Shown in pieces: positions 41,291 to 50,817 of a stretch of DNA of 64,000 nucleotides. Each line of letters starts with the position of its first letter. The first letter of the stretch is position 1. Position numbers and translations under genes: made by a program. Source of the stretch: Thermoplasmata archaeon. GTDB taxonomy: Archaea > Thermoplasmatota > Thermoplasmata > Thermoplasmatales > Thermoplasmataceae. The notes under the pieces were generated by a model. It was not told the origin of the DNA and searched no databases. It worked only from the letters and a program-made list of their open reading frames with translations. The stretch lies in the NCBI GenBank assembly GCA_021792655.1, contig JAJYUG010000001.1, positions 13,090-77,089 of the forward strand, written 5' to 3'.

Positions 41291-41876
41291 GATCTATGTA
41301 ATCATCAAGAAGGCTAATAAATTGTGACGGGCGACGGATGTAAATGTCACTTGCCATGCCACCCAGCTTTATCAAGCGTGAGCCGGCGGTAAGGTCATGG
41401 TACCTGAACATTGTTCTTTCCTTCTCATTGCCATCGCTTCGTGAATATGCATACAATACCGGAACAGATACCCTGTACAGGACAGAATAAATTTCCTCAA
41501 CACTTTCCGGTGAAATTGCAATAGCACCGCTGATCCATTGCGATGAACTTGCTGCGCAATACACCGAGGCTACCCCTGCCAGCCCAGATCCAACCATTAT
41601 GGGGGCTTTAAAAGACTCACTGGAACATATCTGCGATGCGGATTCCGCGAGTTGTCGTATTGATACATTGCCGCTTCCGGTGTATCTATAGAATGCCATT
41701 GTGATGGTAATGCCCTCCTGTTCGGCTTTCCGCAATATCTCGAATTTGCCAGGGTCTGCAGATCCGGTACTGTCAATGTGCATAATGAATACATTGTGCC
41801 TGCTGCCTGGGCTGTCCGATACAAAATAATCTATTTCAAGCTTTTCAGACCGGAAAGTACTGTTCCTCAAAGGCAT
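41277..41876 (-). CDS. Alpha/beta-hydrolase-fold protein, degenerate
   Basis: IMVGSGLAG elbow-like segment, AIAISP, VPVLYAYSRSD. Confidence 0.6.
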   Translation of the reverse strand: MPLRNSTFRSEKLEIDYFVSDSPGSRHNVFIMHIDSTGSADPGKFEILRKAEQEGITITMAFYRYTGSGNVSIRQLAESASQICSSESFKAPIMVGSGLAGVASVYCAASSSQWISGAIAISPESVEEIYSVLYRVSVPVLYAYSRSDGNEKERTMFRYHDLTAGSRLIKLGGMASDIYIRRPSQFISLLDDYIDHAGT

Positions 41877-42011
41877 CCAGACAGCATTTCATCCTCTTTA
41901 AAATCGTTAGCGGCATGTTTACAACGAAAGCCTTTGGACAATTGGTACTTCTGTGTGACATGCAGTGAATGTCAGAAAATAGTTATGTGATACAGCCATG
42001 ACCCAGGTGTA

Positions 42012-43847
42012 ATGAAACTCAAACAGTCTTCACTGGACTTCCACGCTTTTATTTCCATATATGGCGATCAAATAGGCAATTCATTCATAAAAAAGATTTA
42101 CCAGATCTCTTCAAATGAATTTGTATTTCAGATTTACCGGTCAGACATGAAGAAAAGAAATCTTATGGTCTCGCTATCAAAAGGCATTTTCTTCTATGAT
42201 CCGAGGACTCCCGACGAGGCTTCGACTGTGTCAATGATTCTTAGAAAAAGTCTCTCGGAGCGAAGAATAGTGAAGATAGAACAGATCAATTTCGACAGGG
42301 TCGTAAGGATAGAACTCAATACCGGCCAGGAGATAATACTGGAACTTTTCCGTGAGGGGAATCTCATCGTAACTAACAATGGACTGATGGACTTTGTATT
42401 TAATCCGCGTGAATGGAAGAACAGGAGATTGATAAAGGGTGAAAAATATGTTCCACCTAGCCTGAACGATCCTTTAAGTTACTCCCTGGAAGACATGAAA
42501 AAGGTCCTGGTTGACAGCAAAGGATCTATTGTCCAGACACTGGCAACTAGGATGAACCTTGGAGGCGACGTTGCCGAGGAGGTTGCATACAGGATCGGCG
42601 TGGAGAAAGACACACCATCCAGGTCGCTTGAGGGGCAGAGCGCAACGGTACTGGAGACGATAATTGGCATTGTCAGGGAGAGCGAGAAGAACAGGGCATT
42701 CTATTATTCAGACGAAGAGGTGGTTTCGCCCGTCCTGCTCACCCATATACCGAAAAACCCGGACAAAGAATTCGATGAGCTATCGGAAGGCTATCGGTAC
42801 TATCTTGACAATTACCCGGATGAAGTCAGGAAAGAGTCTCCTCTGGAGAGACGGATCGAATCCCAGATGAAGAGCATAGAAGAATTCACCGCACTTATGA
42901 ACAGGTATCAGGACATGGGAAAACTTGTTATGTCTAATTTCGGGGAAATCTCATCCGTCCTGAAAGAATTCAACGAAAGGGCCAGGAAAACTGGGCTGGG
43001 TTCAATCAAGGAAGTGTCAGGTTACCCGGTTGCAGAAATAGACCCCGTCAAGAAGACCCTAAGGCTGATGATTGGCGGAGTCGAGATCATTCTGAATTAT
43101 ACTGTTACACCAGGAGAAAATGCAAGCATCCTCTTTGGGGAGGCAAAAAGCTATCGGGCAAAAATCAAGGGTGCCGAAATCGCAATTGAGCAAACAAAGA
43201 AGGAAATGATGGAATCAGCCAAGAAAACTGCTGTGTCTAGAAAGAGGTCTAAATTCTGGTTTGAAGTCTATCACTGGTTTCGGTCATCGGAAGGATACCT
43301 TGTAATTGCCGGCAGGGATGCGAAGAGCAACGAGAAGATTGTCAAGAAGCACCTGTCGGACCGGGATATATATGTACACGCTGACATACATGGTGCTCCC
43401 AGCACCATTATCAAAGTTGAAGGTGACATTAAGCCCGGAGAAGCAACGCTGAAGGAGGCTGGTTCATTTGCTGTTTCTTTCTCCAGGGCGTGGTCGGCCG
43501 GAATCAGATCCGGCACCGCCTACTGGGTACTCCCGTCACAGGTAAGCAAGACTCCGGAGTCTGGCGAATACGTCTCGAAGGGGTCCTGGATAATCCGCGG
43601 AAAAAGGAACTACATTTTTGATCTTCCAATAGAGCTGGCAATCTGCCAAACGAGTGAAAACGGAGTAACAATACCGCTTATAGCCCCCGTTTCAAGTTTA
43701 GAGAATGTGAATGGGGAGAAAATCATAATAATTCCTGGGAGCCAGAAGAGGTCACAGGTAGCCAGAACAGTTGCGGAGCGTCTGGGCTTTCCAGTTGACG
43801 AGATCGAAGGCGTGCTGCCTCCAGGAAATTCGCAGATACTGCAGTAG
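42012..43847 (+). CDS. rqcH: NFACT-family ribosome quality control factor (Rqc2/RqcH)
   Basis: QINFDRV, ELFREGN, HWFRSSEG.LVIAGRDA..NE, HADIHGA, VSKTPESGEY..KGSW.IRGKRNY. Confidence 0.93.
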   Translation: MKLKQSSLDFHAFISIYGDQIGNSFIKKIYQISSNEFVFQIYRSDMKKRNLMVSLSKGIFFYDPRTPDEASTVSMILRKSLSERRIVKIEQINFDRVVRIELNTGQEIILELFREGNLIVTNNGLMDFVFNPREWKNRRLIKGEKYVPPSLNDPLSYSLEDMKKVLVDSKGSIVQTLATRMNLGGDVAEEVAYRIGVEKDTPSRSLEGQSATVLETIIGIVRESEKNRAFYYSDEEVVSPVLLTHIPKNPDKEFDELSEGYRYYLDNYPDEVRKESPLERRIESQMKSIEEFTALMNRYQDMGKLVMSNFGEISSVLKEFNERARKTGLGSIKEVSGYPVAEIDPVKKTLRLMIGGVEIILNYTVTPGENASILFGEAKSYRAKIKGAEIAIEQTKKEMMESAKKTAVSRKRSKFWFEVYHWFRSSEGYLVIAGRDAKSNEKIVKKHLSDRDIYVHADIHGAPSTIIKVEGDIKPGEATLKEAGSFAVSFSRAWSAGIRSGTAYWVLPSQVSKTPESGEYVSKGSWIIRGKRNYIFDLPIELAICQTSENGVTIPLIAPVSSLENVNGEKIIIIPGSQKRSQVARTVAERLGFPVDEIEGVLPPGNSQILQ

Positions 43848-43869
43848 ATGCATAATGCACTAGTTCAGT

Positions 43870-44790
43870 CTAAGAGGCAAGTTCAGATTTCAGCTTCTCA
43901 ATTATACCCACATCCTCCGGATCAAGTTTTCGGAATGATGAAGTATAATATGACAGATAGTCCCCGCAATGTATGGTGTAGAGGACTTTTTCCAGAAGAG
44001 ATTCTCCCCTTGGCCTGATGGTGGTAAATTTTAAGCCTGTCAGTTCCGATGTAATGCTGACTCTCTTCGTGATCTGTTTATTAGCTGTGTCACCTATTAC
44101 AATCGGGTAGAACTTTTCTCGCAGGTATGATTTTTCAAAGGCCATTATATCATTATGATCAAGTTCAGGAAAATTCAGGCTGAACGCCATGAGCTTTGCG
44201 TTTTCATTGAACTGTGTCTTCCATCTTATTCCTGTAGATGCGAATCCTGGAAGGGTAAGTATCAGAGGAATCAACTGGCTGCCAGCAATCTCGCTCGCGA
44301 TTGATTTCAGGAAACTGCTGTCATCGTCAACGCTGCCTATCAGCCTGTATACCCGGTCCCTTACGGGAGGAAGCAATCCGAATGAGTTCAGCAGGGGAGA
44401 CAGAAGGTATCCGAGCGCAGATCTTGGTTGAACGCCTCCTGGAACCGTTACCTGCAGACCTGGCAACTTCGAAAGTTTACCGCCGGAACTGATCTTTACT
44501 ATGTTCGCGCCTGCAGAGTGAGCCTTGGTGGCAGCGGAAATCGTCTCCTCCGTATTTCCAGAATAGCTGATGGCCACGAAAAGAGTTGAAGAATTGACCC
44601 ATTCAGGTATCTCATAACCGTCGTTAATGACTGTGGGCTTTTCGTGATACAGCTCCTGGAAAATTCTGCCTGCAATACCGGATCCTCCCATTCCTGAGAT
44701 GACCACATTTTCAAATTCGGCGGGAAGTGGAAATTTAGAGCTGGATCTGAACTGCTCCTTAAGGTTTTTTATCTGTTCCAGAAAGTCCAT
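43870..44790 (-). CDS. Bifunctional phosphoglucose/phosphomannose isomerase
   Basis: SGMGGSG, SYSGNTEET, QPRSA, RWKTQFNENAK, PELDHN; start moved to MDFLEQ. Confidence 0.93.
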   Translation of the reverse strand: MDFLEQIKNLKEQFRSSSKFPLPAEFENVVISGMGGSGIAGRIFQELYHEKPTVINDGYEIPEWVNSSTLFVAISYSGNTEETISAATKAHSAGANIVKISSGGKLSKLPGLQVTVPGGVQPRSALGYLLSPLLNSFGLLPPVRDRVYRLIGSVDDDSSFLKSIASEIAGSQLIPLILTLPGFASTGIRWKTQFNENAKLMAFSLNFPELDHNDIMAFEKSYLREKFYPIVIGDTANKQITKRVSITSELTGLKFTTIRPRGESLLEKVLYTIHCGDYLSYYTSSFRKLDPEDVGIIEKLKSELAS

Positions 44791-44946
44791 GGAGCTAAAG
44801 GGTATTGTATAATTAAAATCTATTTCATGCAAGGTCAAATTATCATGAATTTTATATTCACTTCCCATTAGTTGATTATGTACATATAGGTATATTATTA
44901 AGTGTTCACAAAAATTTAAATATGCTTTTCAATGTACTAACACAGC

Positions 44947-45810
44947 ATGATACTCGTTTACGACAGAGACAAGAAGCATGAATCTGTCGTTGATCAACTT
45001 TTCAAGCCTCTTGGAATTCAATATAACACAACCTCTAAATTATCCCAAAATTCTATTGCGGAAGGCACCACGGCAGTAATAATATTCGCGGATGAAAAAA
45101 TTGACGAATCATCTGCGGAATATATAAAAGCAAATAAAAGAAAAGCGCTTCCGGTAATAATACACGATGGCGAGATTGTGGTTGAAGATACAATTGCACT
45201 GACAAGTGCAATGGTGAAATATGACAAGAAGAATATTACCGAGACAAGATCAAGGCTGAGGGACGCACTTTCCAACAAGTTCCTCAGGCATTTGGGGGAG
45301 ATAAATGATTTTACCATTTATATGGCAAGGAATAATCTCTACCCCGGGCAGAGCTATTATACCAATCCAAAGAATTCGGGAAGTTTCCTGAACCTTATAC
45401 TTTCCAAGCATGTGGACTGGAAAAAGGTATTCGTAACCTCACGATACAATCTTGCAATGGATGCTCCAGAGGCCATACGCCCTGAGAATTTTATCTGGGT
45501 TACGGATTCCCCCGGCCCGCAGAAAAGCAGGCCAGTAAATCTCACATTCATAGTCGATTCGGTGATTAAGAAGATTTCCGAATTGAATCCGTTAATAGTC
45601 TATTTTGACGTATTTGATTTTTTGATGCTTTACCATCCATTTTATGAGATAGCGCGCGGTCTCGAGCAAATAAGAAGCATCTGCATGGAGAAAAATATAT
45701 ATCTGATCGCGGTGATAGGGCACTCGTCCATGGATCCCATCCAGTATGGACAGATCACAAGGTACGGTGAGTTGTGGGAACCATCAGATGGGGTGGTGGA
45801 TGCAGAATGA
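44947..45810 (+). CDS. DUF835-domain protein with a receiver-like N-terminal domain
   Basis: C-half VTSRY..FIWVT...RPVNL...IVYFDVFDFLMLYHPF fits DUF835; N-terminus MILVYD. Confidence 0.72.
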   Translation: MILVYDRDKKHESVVDQLFKPLGIQYNTTSKLSQNSIAEGTTAVIIFADEKIDESSAEYIKANKRKALPVIIHDGEIVVEDTIALTSAMVKYDKKNITETRSRLRDALSNKFLRHLGEINDFTIYMARNNLYPGQSYYTNPKNSGSFLNLILSKHVDWKKVFVTSRYNLAMDAPEAIRPENFIWVTDSPGPQKSRPVNLTFIVDSVIKKISELNPLIVYFDVFDFLMLYHPFYEIARGLEQIRSICMEKNIYLIAVIGHSSMDPIQYGQITRYGELWEPSDGVVDAE

Positions 45811-45813
45811 GAG

Positions 45814-47277
45814 GTGTTAAGTTTGCCCTATGAAGATCTGATGAGTTTGTTAAAGCAGTTTTTCTACCAGGGAACTGGGAAATCATTAATCATAAAGGGT
45901 AAACCTGGCGCCGGAAAGACCACGTTTGCACTGGAATTTATAGGACAGATTAAGGACGATACCCCAGTTTTTTATATGCCCGCAAGGTCATATGATGAGC
46001 CACTCAGGGAAAAGTTCCCGTGGATCAAGGAAATAAAGTCAGGAAAGATGTATGCGAACCAGAATCAGGCAAACCTGAATTCTGTGGTAAGATCCTCCCT
46101 TGAAAAAATGGAGAAGAGCATAGAGGAGAAACTTACAACGAGTGAGTCTTATACCTATGATACCGGGCTTGTATTCAACGTCAGCGAACTCATGCCAGAC
46201 ATTGAGGCAATGTATGATTTTGTCAATGAAAATATGGGAATGAACCCGATCATCGTTCTCGACTCCATAGACGCATTATCTGAAACGTATAAGCTGGACA
46301 GGGAACTGCTGTTTTCAATCCTGCAGAAAGACCTTGTTGAATCTTCCGGAGCTGGCCTGATATGTATCATGGAGGAGAAGGAGAGCACAAAGCTGGAATA
46401 TTTCTCGGATGGTGTTATAAGCCTTGATTACGCTCTTAACGAACACTTCCTTGTGAGGTCCGTTGTGCTGGATAAACTCAGGGGAGTTTCCGTCGGATCC
46501 AGTCCGTTTTACCTCTATACACTTCTCAACGGCATATTCCTTCCTTTCCAGAGAATTCCGGTCATATATCCTGAGAGCAGAAGGGACCACATCCTTAAGG
46601 ACGAAACCAAACAATTCTCAGTTTCAATGGGAAATCCATCCCTTGCAGTGCTTAACGAGACAGGCGAATCCACAATTCCTCTCGGTTCGGTACTTATGGT
46701 GCACAGGGTAAACAACACGAACAACGTGGACGAGATAGTCAAGCTAATAAAGAATAACCTAGTGATGCATACCATTTCGAACGGAAGAGGTGTAATAGAC
46801 GCTTCTTCAAGCAACTACGAGACTTCAAGAGTAATGTTATCTGCCGCGGACAAGGAGTGGCTCAGTCATTACATTACTGCCGAGAAATCCAAGAAATCAA
46901 ATCCATATATTATAAATATTGAGGGAAAAAGCGTCGAGGATGATTTTCCCAGTGAAGTCCTGGAATTCTATCTCTCTTCCTCTGCAAAGCCCGCAACGTA
47001 CATTTTCTCAACCGATTATCTTAGGTTTATTTATGGGGACTCCTTTCTTGGGGGTCTGTCCAATCTCCTTAATCCAATAAGAACCACCGGAATCATAATG
47101 ATAATAGCAGACGAGGATGACTACCAGAAACTCAGTCACTACGCTAACCTGACAATCCACCTCAGAGAAATCAGGGGGTATGTGGTGGCTAATTCGAATT
47201 CAAACCACTATTACGCCGCTTCTGTGGTTTATGATGAAGACAAGTGGCCAGGCATGGTTCTTACAGAGATCGTTTAG
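45814..47277 (+). CDS. KaiC/GvpD-like RecA-superfamily ATPase
   Basis: SLIIKGKPGAGKTTFALE, IIVLDSID, LEYFSDGVI.L, LDKLRG; degenerate second domain. Confidence 0.85.
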   Translation: MLSLPYEDLMSLLKQFFYQGTGKSLIIKGKPGAGKTTFALEFIGQIKDDTPVFYMPARSYDEPLREKFPWIKEIKSGKMYANQNQANLNSVVRSSLEKMEKSIEEKLTTSESYTYDTGLVFNVSELMPDIEAMYDFVNENMGMNPIIVLDSIDALSETYKLDRELLFSILQKDLVESSGAGLICIMEEKESTKLEYFSDGVISLDYALNEHFLVRSVVLDKLRGVSVGSSPFYLYTLLNGIFLPFQRIPVIYPESRRDHILKDETKQFSVSMGNPSLAVLNETGESTIPLGSVLMVHRVNNTNNVDEIVKLIKNNLVMHTISNGRGVIDASSSNYETSRVMLSAADKEWLSHYITAEKSKKSNPYIINIEGKSVEDDFPSEVLEFYLSSSAKPATYIFSTDYLRFIYGDSFLGGLSNLLNPIRTTGIIMIIADEDDYQKLSHYANLTIHLREIRGYVVANSNSNHYYAASVVYDEDKWPGMVLTEIV

Positions 47278-47666
47278 ACCTTTTCAATGGAAACTATCTC
47301 GACATTCTTTACTTTCGTGAAGTTATTCTCATCATTGACAATAAAATCCTCTCCCTTGATCGAATCTACGATTGAAATGATAGCTAGCATAACAAGGGAT
47401 ACAGCTGCTACCTTGCCCTCCGGGAGCCTATCTGCCAAGATCTTTGAGGAAATCTTCAGCCTGTTTCCGTCAGACATGAAATGAATCTCAGGGGATTGTA
47501 TATTTTCCTCAGTCGTGATGGCGGTGGATGAAAATTCCTTAAACTGTTTCTCCGCTGCAGATCTTGCCCTTTCGAATATGCTGTATTTGTTTCTGTCAAT
47601 TGATATCAGTATCCCGGCACTATCAAAGTTGATTATGAGTTCGCCCTGGGCAATTATCCTGTACAT
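47274..47666 (-). CDS. MoaC-fold-like protein lacking catalytic motifs
   Basis: Pattern (R.IAQG.L, ERARSAA, AAVS....SIVDSIK, VEIVSIEK) follows archaeal MoaC. Confidence 0.55.
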   Translation of the reverse strand: MYRIIAQGELIINFDSAGILISIDRNKYSIFERARSAAEKQFKEFSSTAITTEENIQSPEIHFMSDGNRLKISSKILADRLPEGKVAAVSLVMLAIISIVDSIKGEDFIVNDENNFTKVKNVEIVSIEKV

Positions 47667-47718
47667 CTGATCAGCTGCAATTCAGGAAAGTTTAATTGTA
47701 TATGAAAATTTATGGTTC

Positions 47719-48681
47719 ATGTTTCCCACAGTAAGGCTGAGGCGTACACGAAGGAATGAGAGGATAAGGGATATATTGAGCGAAGTTAGCATAGATAAGG
47801 AAAAAATGGTCATGCCGATCTTCGTGGACGAAACGATTAGCGGAAAGCAGGAGATCCAGAACATGCCTGGGATTTATCGTTTTTCTTTTGACTCTTTCAA
47901 GAATTATGTAAGTGACATCTATGATCTGGGCATAAGATCAGTGTTACTCTTTGGGATTCCCTCTCACAAAGATCCAACAGGTTCATCGGCCTATGATGAA
48001 AATGGCATAGTGCAACGTTCCATTGAGTACATCAAGTCGAAGACCGACATAATTACCATGGCAGATCTCTGCATGTGTGAGTACACGGACCACGGACATT
48101 GTGGAATATTGCAGGGAAAGGAGGTTGATAATGACAGCACGCTTGAAGCCTACAGGAAAATTGCCAGAACCTATGCGCAAGCTGGAGCCGATGTTGTAGC
48201 CCCCAGCGGAATGATGGATGGGCAGGTGGGAGAAATACGTGAAGAGCTTGACTACGCTGGATACAAGAACACTATGATAATGGCGTATAGCTCCAAGTTT
48301 GCATCCAGTCTTTACGGTCCATTTCGTGATGCTGCACAGTCAGCTCCCAGCTTTGGTGACAGGCGATCCTACCAGATGGACTTCAGGAACTCTAACCAGG
48401 CTATGCGCGAGATAGAGCTTGACATCTATGAGGGCGCTGACATCGTGATGGTAAAGCCTGCTCTCTTCTACCTTGATCTAATAGAGAGGGCAAGGGACAG
48501 ATTCGAGATGCCCCTGGCGGCATACAACGTGAGTGGAGAATATGCGATGCTGAAGCACGCGGTGTCGTCAGGGATCCTATCTAAAAGTGCAATTAGTGAA
48601 GCACTTACCTCGATATTCCGGGCGGGAGCAGACATCGTGATAAGCTATTTCACAGAGGAAATTTACAGGAGCGGGTTCTGA
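47719..48681 (+). CDS. hemB: Porphobilinogen synthase (Zn-type ALAD)
   Basis: CMCEYTDHGHCG, APSGMMDG, YGPFRDA, DRRSYQMD, MVKP, YNVSGEY. Confidence 0.97.
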   Translation: MFPTVRLRRTRRNERIRDILSEVSIDKEKMVMPIFVDETISGKQEIQNMPGIYRFSFDSFKNYVSDIYDLGIRSVLLFGIPSHKDPTGSSAYDENGIVQRSIEYIKSKTDIITMADLCMCEYTDHGHCGILQGKEVDNDSTLEAYRKIARTYAQAGADVVAPSGMMDGQVGEIREELDYAGYKNTMIMAYSSKFASSLYGPFRDAAQSAPSFGDRRSYQMDFRNSNQAMREIELDIYEGADIVMVKPALFYLDLIERARDRFEMPLAAYNVSGEYAMLKHAVSSGILSKSAISEALTSIFRAGADIVISYFTEEIYRSGF

Positions 48682-48740
48682 AAATCCTGTTCAGTATCTA
48701 CTAAATGTCCCGCGGGAGTTGTGAATTTACGATCATTTAA

Positions 48741-49141
48741 GCAGAAAGCCCACGACTTAAGTCGTTGGATGAATGCTAATCTGTATACCTCTCAATGGCA
48801 TTAAGATTCAGGCACGAAACTACTCATGTGAAAACCATGAGGAAGTCATGCATGAAAATCCCCATGCAGTGATTGATCCGGAAGGACTTCAGCATGGGGG
48901 TTGGGAATGTCTCCGCCCCGCAGTCTTAGCAGAGGAATGGATAAAGACACATCCCGATTGCATACAGACAGGGATGTATGCAACTGGAGCACTGATACCC
49001 ACAGACGCGCAACTTTCAGGACTGGAAAGACGCCAAAACTCGGTAATGGGTTCCAGCAAAACTGTCCGGACCGTGAGGGATGAAGACGATAAACGGAGCA
49101 AAAGTGAGAACCCCACAAGCTTTAGCTGTGGGAGTATGTCA
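48741..49141 (+). mobile_element. Non-autonomous IS605-derived element (left end, omegaRNA scaffold, right end; no intact ORF)
   Basis: TTTAA at 48736-48740, then left-end hairpin CCCACGAC-TTAA-GTCGTTGG; right end 34/35 identical to 61852-61886. Confidence 0.88.
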
Positions 49142-49160
49142 GATCAGGCTTTCCCGATAT
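48950..49160 (+). ncRNA. Putative stand-alone TnpB omegaRNA (scaffold plus flanking guide)
   Basis: 48955-49013 is 47/59 identical (ungapped, counted by hand) to the tnpB 3' end at 61772-61830; conserved hairpin; ends approximate. Confidence 0.6.
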
Positions 49161-50718
49161 CCAGTAGCTTCCTCTCCTTGCGTTCCTCAGCCCTTATTCT
49201 ACCAAGTTCGTACCGGTTCATGTCTGCAAACCGTATTATTTGGGAAAGTTCTGGATGAGCTGCCTTGACCAGCCTGTACATATCCATTGATATTTTCCTG
49301 AGATCGTAGTGTGCCTGCGGTGTTGATCTCAGTTCTATGAAGTAAGTGATCTCCCTAAGGTTCGATCCAACGGTTATAGGGTACTTGAAGGCATAGGGAA
49401 CTACGTACTGGGCAATGTTTGGACCGTATTTCCGCCTGATCAATTCATATACCTCCTTAGCTCGATCCATGGCGAATCTGAATTTACTTCTATACTCTTC
49501 CACAGCCTCGATAATCTCTGGGAAATCGTAGCCATAATTCACGGAAAGAGGATTACGTATTATTGAAAGGAATCTGTGTCTCTGCAGATCCCGGAAGGCA
49601 CCATAATTGGTGTTGACTTCAAATAGGAAATTGACCGACTCGAATGCGCGGTGGGGCTTCATTTTACGGTTAGTCCGCAATTGAGCCATCCTTGCTATAA
49701 GTCCGCTTTTCTCCGCGCTGTCCATTGCTTCTACCATTTCTGCGAGGCTCTGAAGCGATCCGCCGTTCTGGTATAGCAGGAGAGTAATCACCCTGTCAAG
49801 TGCCATTTTCCTGTCATCTGAAAAGGCGAGGTGCACCAATTCCTCAGGAACTTTTCCATGCAATTCCATTGCAGTGATCCTGGCAACCTCATCTTCATAC
49901 CTTGCGATCTCTTCGCTCCTGGCTGACATGGAATTCTCGATGAGTCCAGGAAATTCCTTAAGCAGCTCGCTGTAAATTTTTCTCGCAAGTGCCTCCGATT
50001 CAATATCGCCAGAATGCTTCAGTTTTCTTATTAGCTCTATATATGATCTGCCATTTCCGGAAACACCGATGTTTGTCAACGTTGAAGCTGGAAGGAGGAA
50101 ACGGAGATCATCCAGCGATCTTGCACGTACTGACGAATCATAGGATTTTTTTGCTATGGTTCTGTCCTTCTCCGTAAGGTTTCCATACGGAAGATTTTTC
50201 TTCAATTCCGGTGAAAGAAAATCCATTTCTTCTATGGGGTACATTTTCCGGATTGTCTCAAGCATCGGCTCATATAGTTCAGCGTAGGTGCTGAATAGAA
50301 GGTTACATACTTCAGTGTACTCGGCCGCGACCTGGCCAGAAATACCAATTTTCTCAGGTCTTGCAAACAGGTAGTTTCCATCAACCTTCCTGTCATATCT
50401 GACATATCTTGACGACTTCTCAAGGAAAGATAAACCGACCCGAACCTCCTCAATCCTCTTTGAAACCACGTTTGAAACATTCTGGATCGCCATCTGGGCA
50501 GTTACAAGTTCCGATACGGACTCGTCCCCGTATTCAATGAACACTTTTTTATAAAATTCCGTACCTCTCCTTTCATCATTTTCGAATTCCTTGCGGTATA
50601 ATTCTCTAATGTCAAGGGTGGCAGTCCTGCTGTACCTTGATAGCAACGCACCTCTGTCTATCATCCGCCTGGTGCGAACAAGAAAAACATCATCATCGGT
50701 GTTGGAAAATTCATCCAT
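49144..50718 (-). CDS. thyX: Flavin-dependent thymidylate synthase, tandem-domain form
   Basis: YGDESVSEL, EKSSRYV, RFLLPAST in domain 1; RDLQRHR, NLRE..YFIELRS in domain 2. Confidence 0.9.
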   Translation of the reverse strand: MDEFSNTDDDVFLVRTRRMIDRGALLSRYSRTATLDIRELYRKEFENDERRGTEFYKKVFIEYGDESVSELVTAQMAIQNVSNVVSKRIEEVRVGLSFLEKSSRYVRYDRKVDGNYLFARPEKIGISGQVAAEYTEVCNLLFSTYAELYEPMLETIRKMYPIEEMDFLSPELKKNLPYGNLTEKDRTIAKKSYDSSVRARSLDDLRFLLPASTLTNIGVSGNGRSYIELIRKLKHSGDIESEALARKIYSELLKEFPGLIENSMSARSEEIARYEDEVARITAMELHGKVPEELVHLAFSDDRKMALDRVITLLLYQNGGSLQSLAEMVEAMDSAEKSGLIARMAQLRTNRKMKPHRAFESVNFLFEVNTNYGAFRDLQRHRFLSIIRNPLSVNYGYDFPEIIEAVEEYRSKFRFAMDRAKEVYELIRRKYGPNIAQYVVPYAFKYPITVGSNLREITYFIELRSTPQAHYDLRKISMDMYRLVKAAHPELSQIIRFADMNRYELGRIRAEERKERKLLDIGKA

Positions 50719-50817
50719 GGTATGTTATTGTGCGTCCAATAAAAAATTTGGTGTAGACAGAAAGGGGATTTTTAAATCACGTAAATTCTATAATGCCAAA
50801 CAGATAACGCAGAACAA

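Noticed and set aside
45814-47277. Gas vesicle gene cluster
   Set aside because: No gvpA or other structural gvp genes nearby; only the ATPase fold is shared
48773-49268. Several 60-161-aa ORFs over the mini-element
   Set aside because: No intact protein motifs; they run through RNA scaffold, right end and antisense thyX. Only a decayed TnpB Zn-ribbon trace is recognisable
49144-50718. Tandem-domain ThyX as a novelty
   Set aside because: Double-domain ThyX is already described in Thermoplasma and Chlamydia
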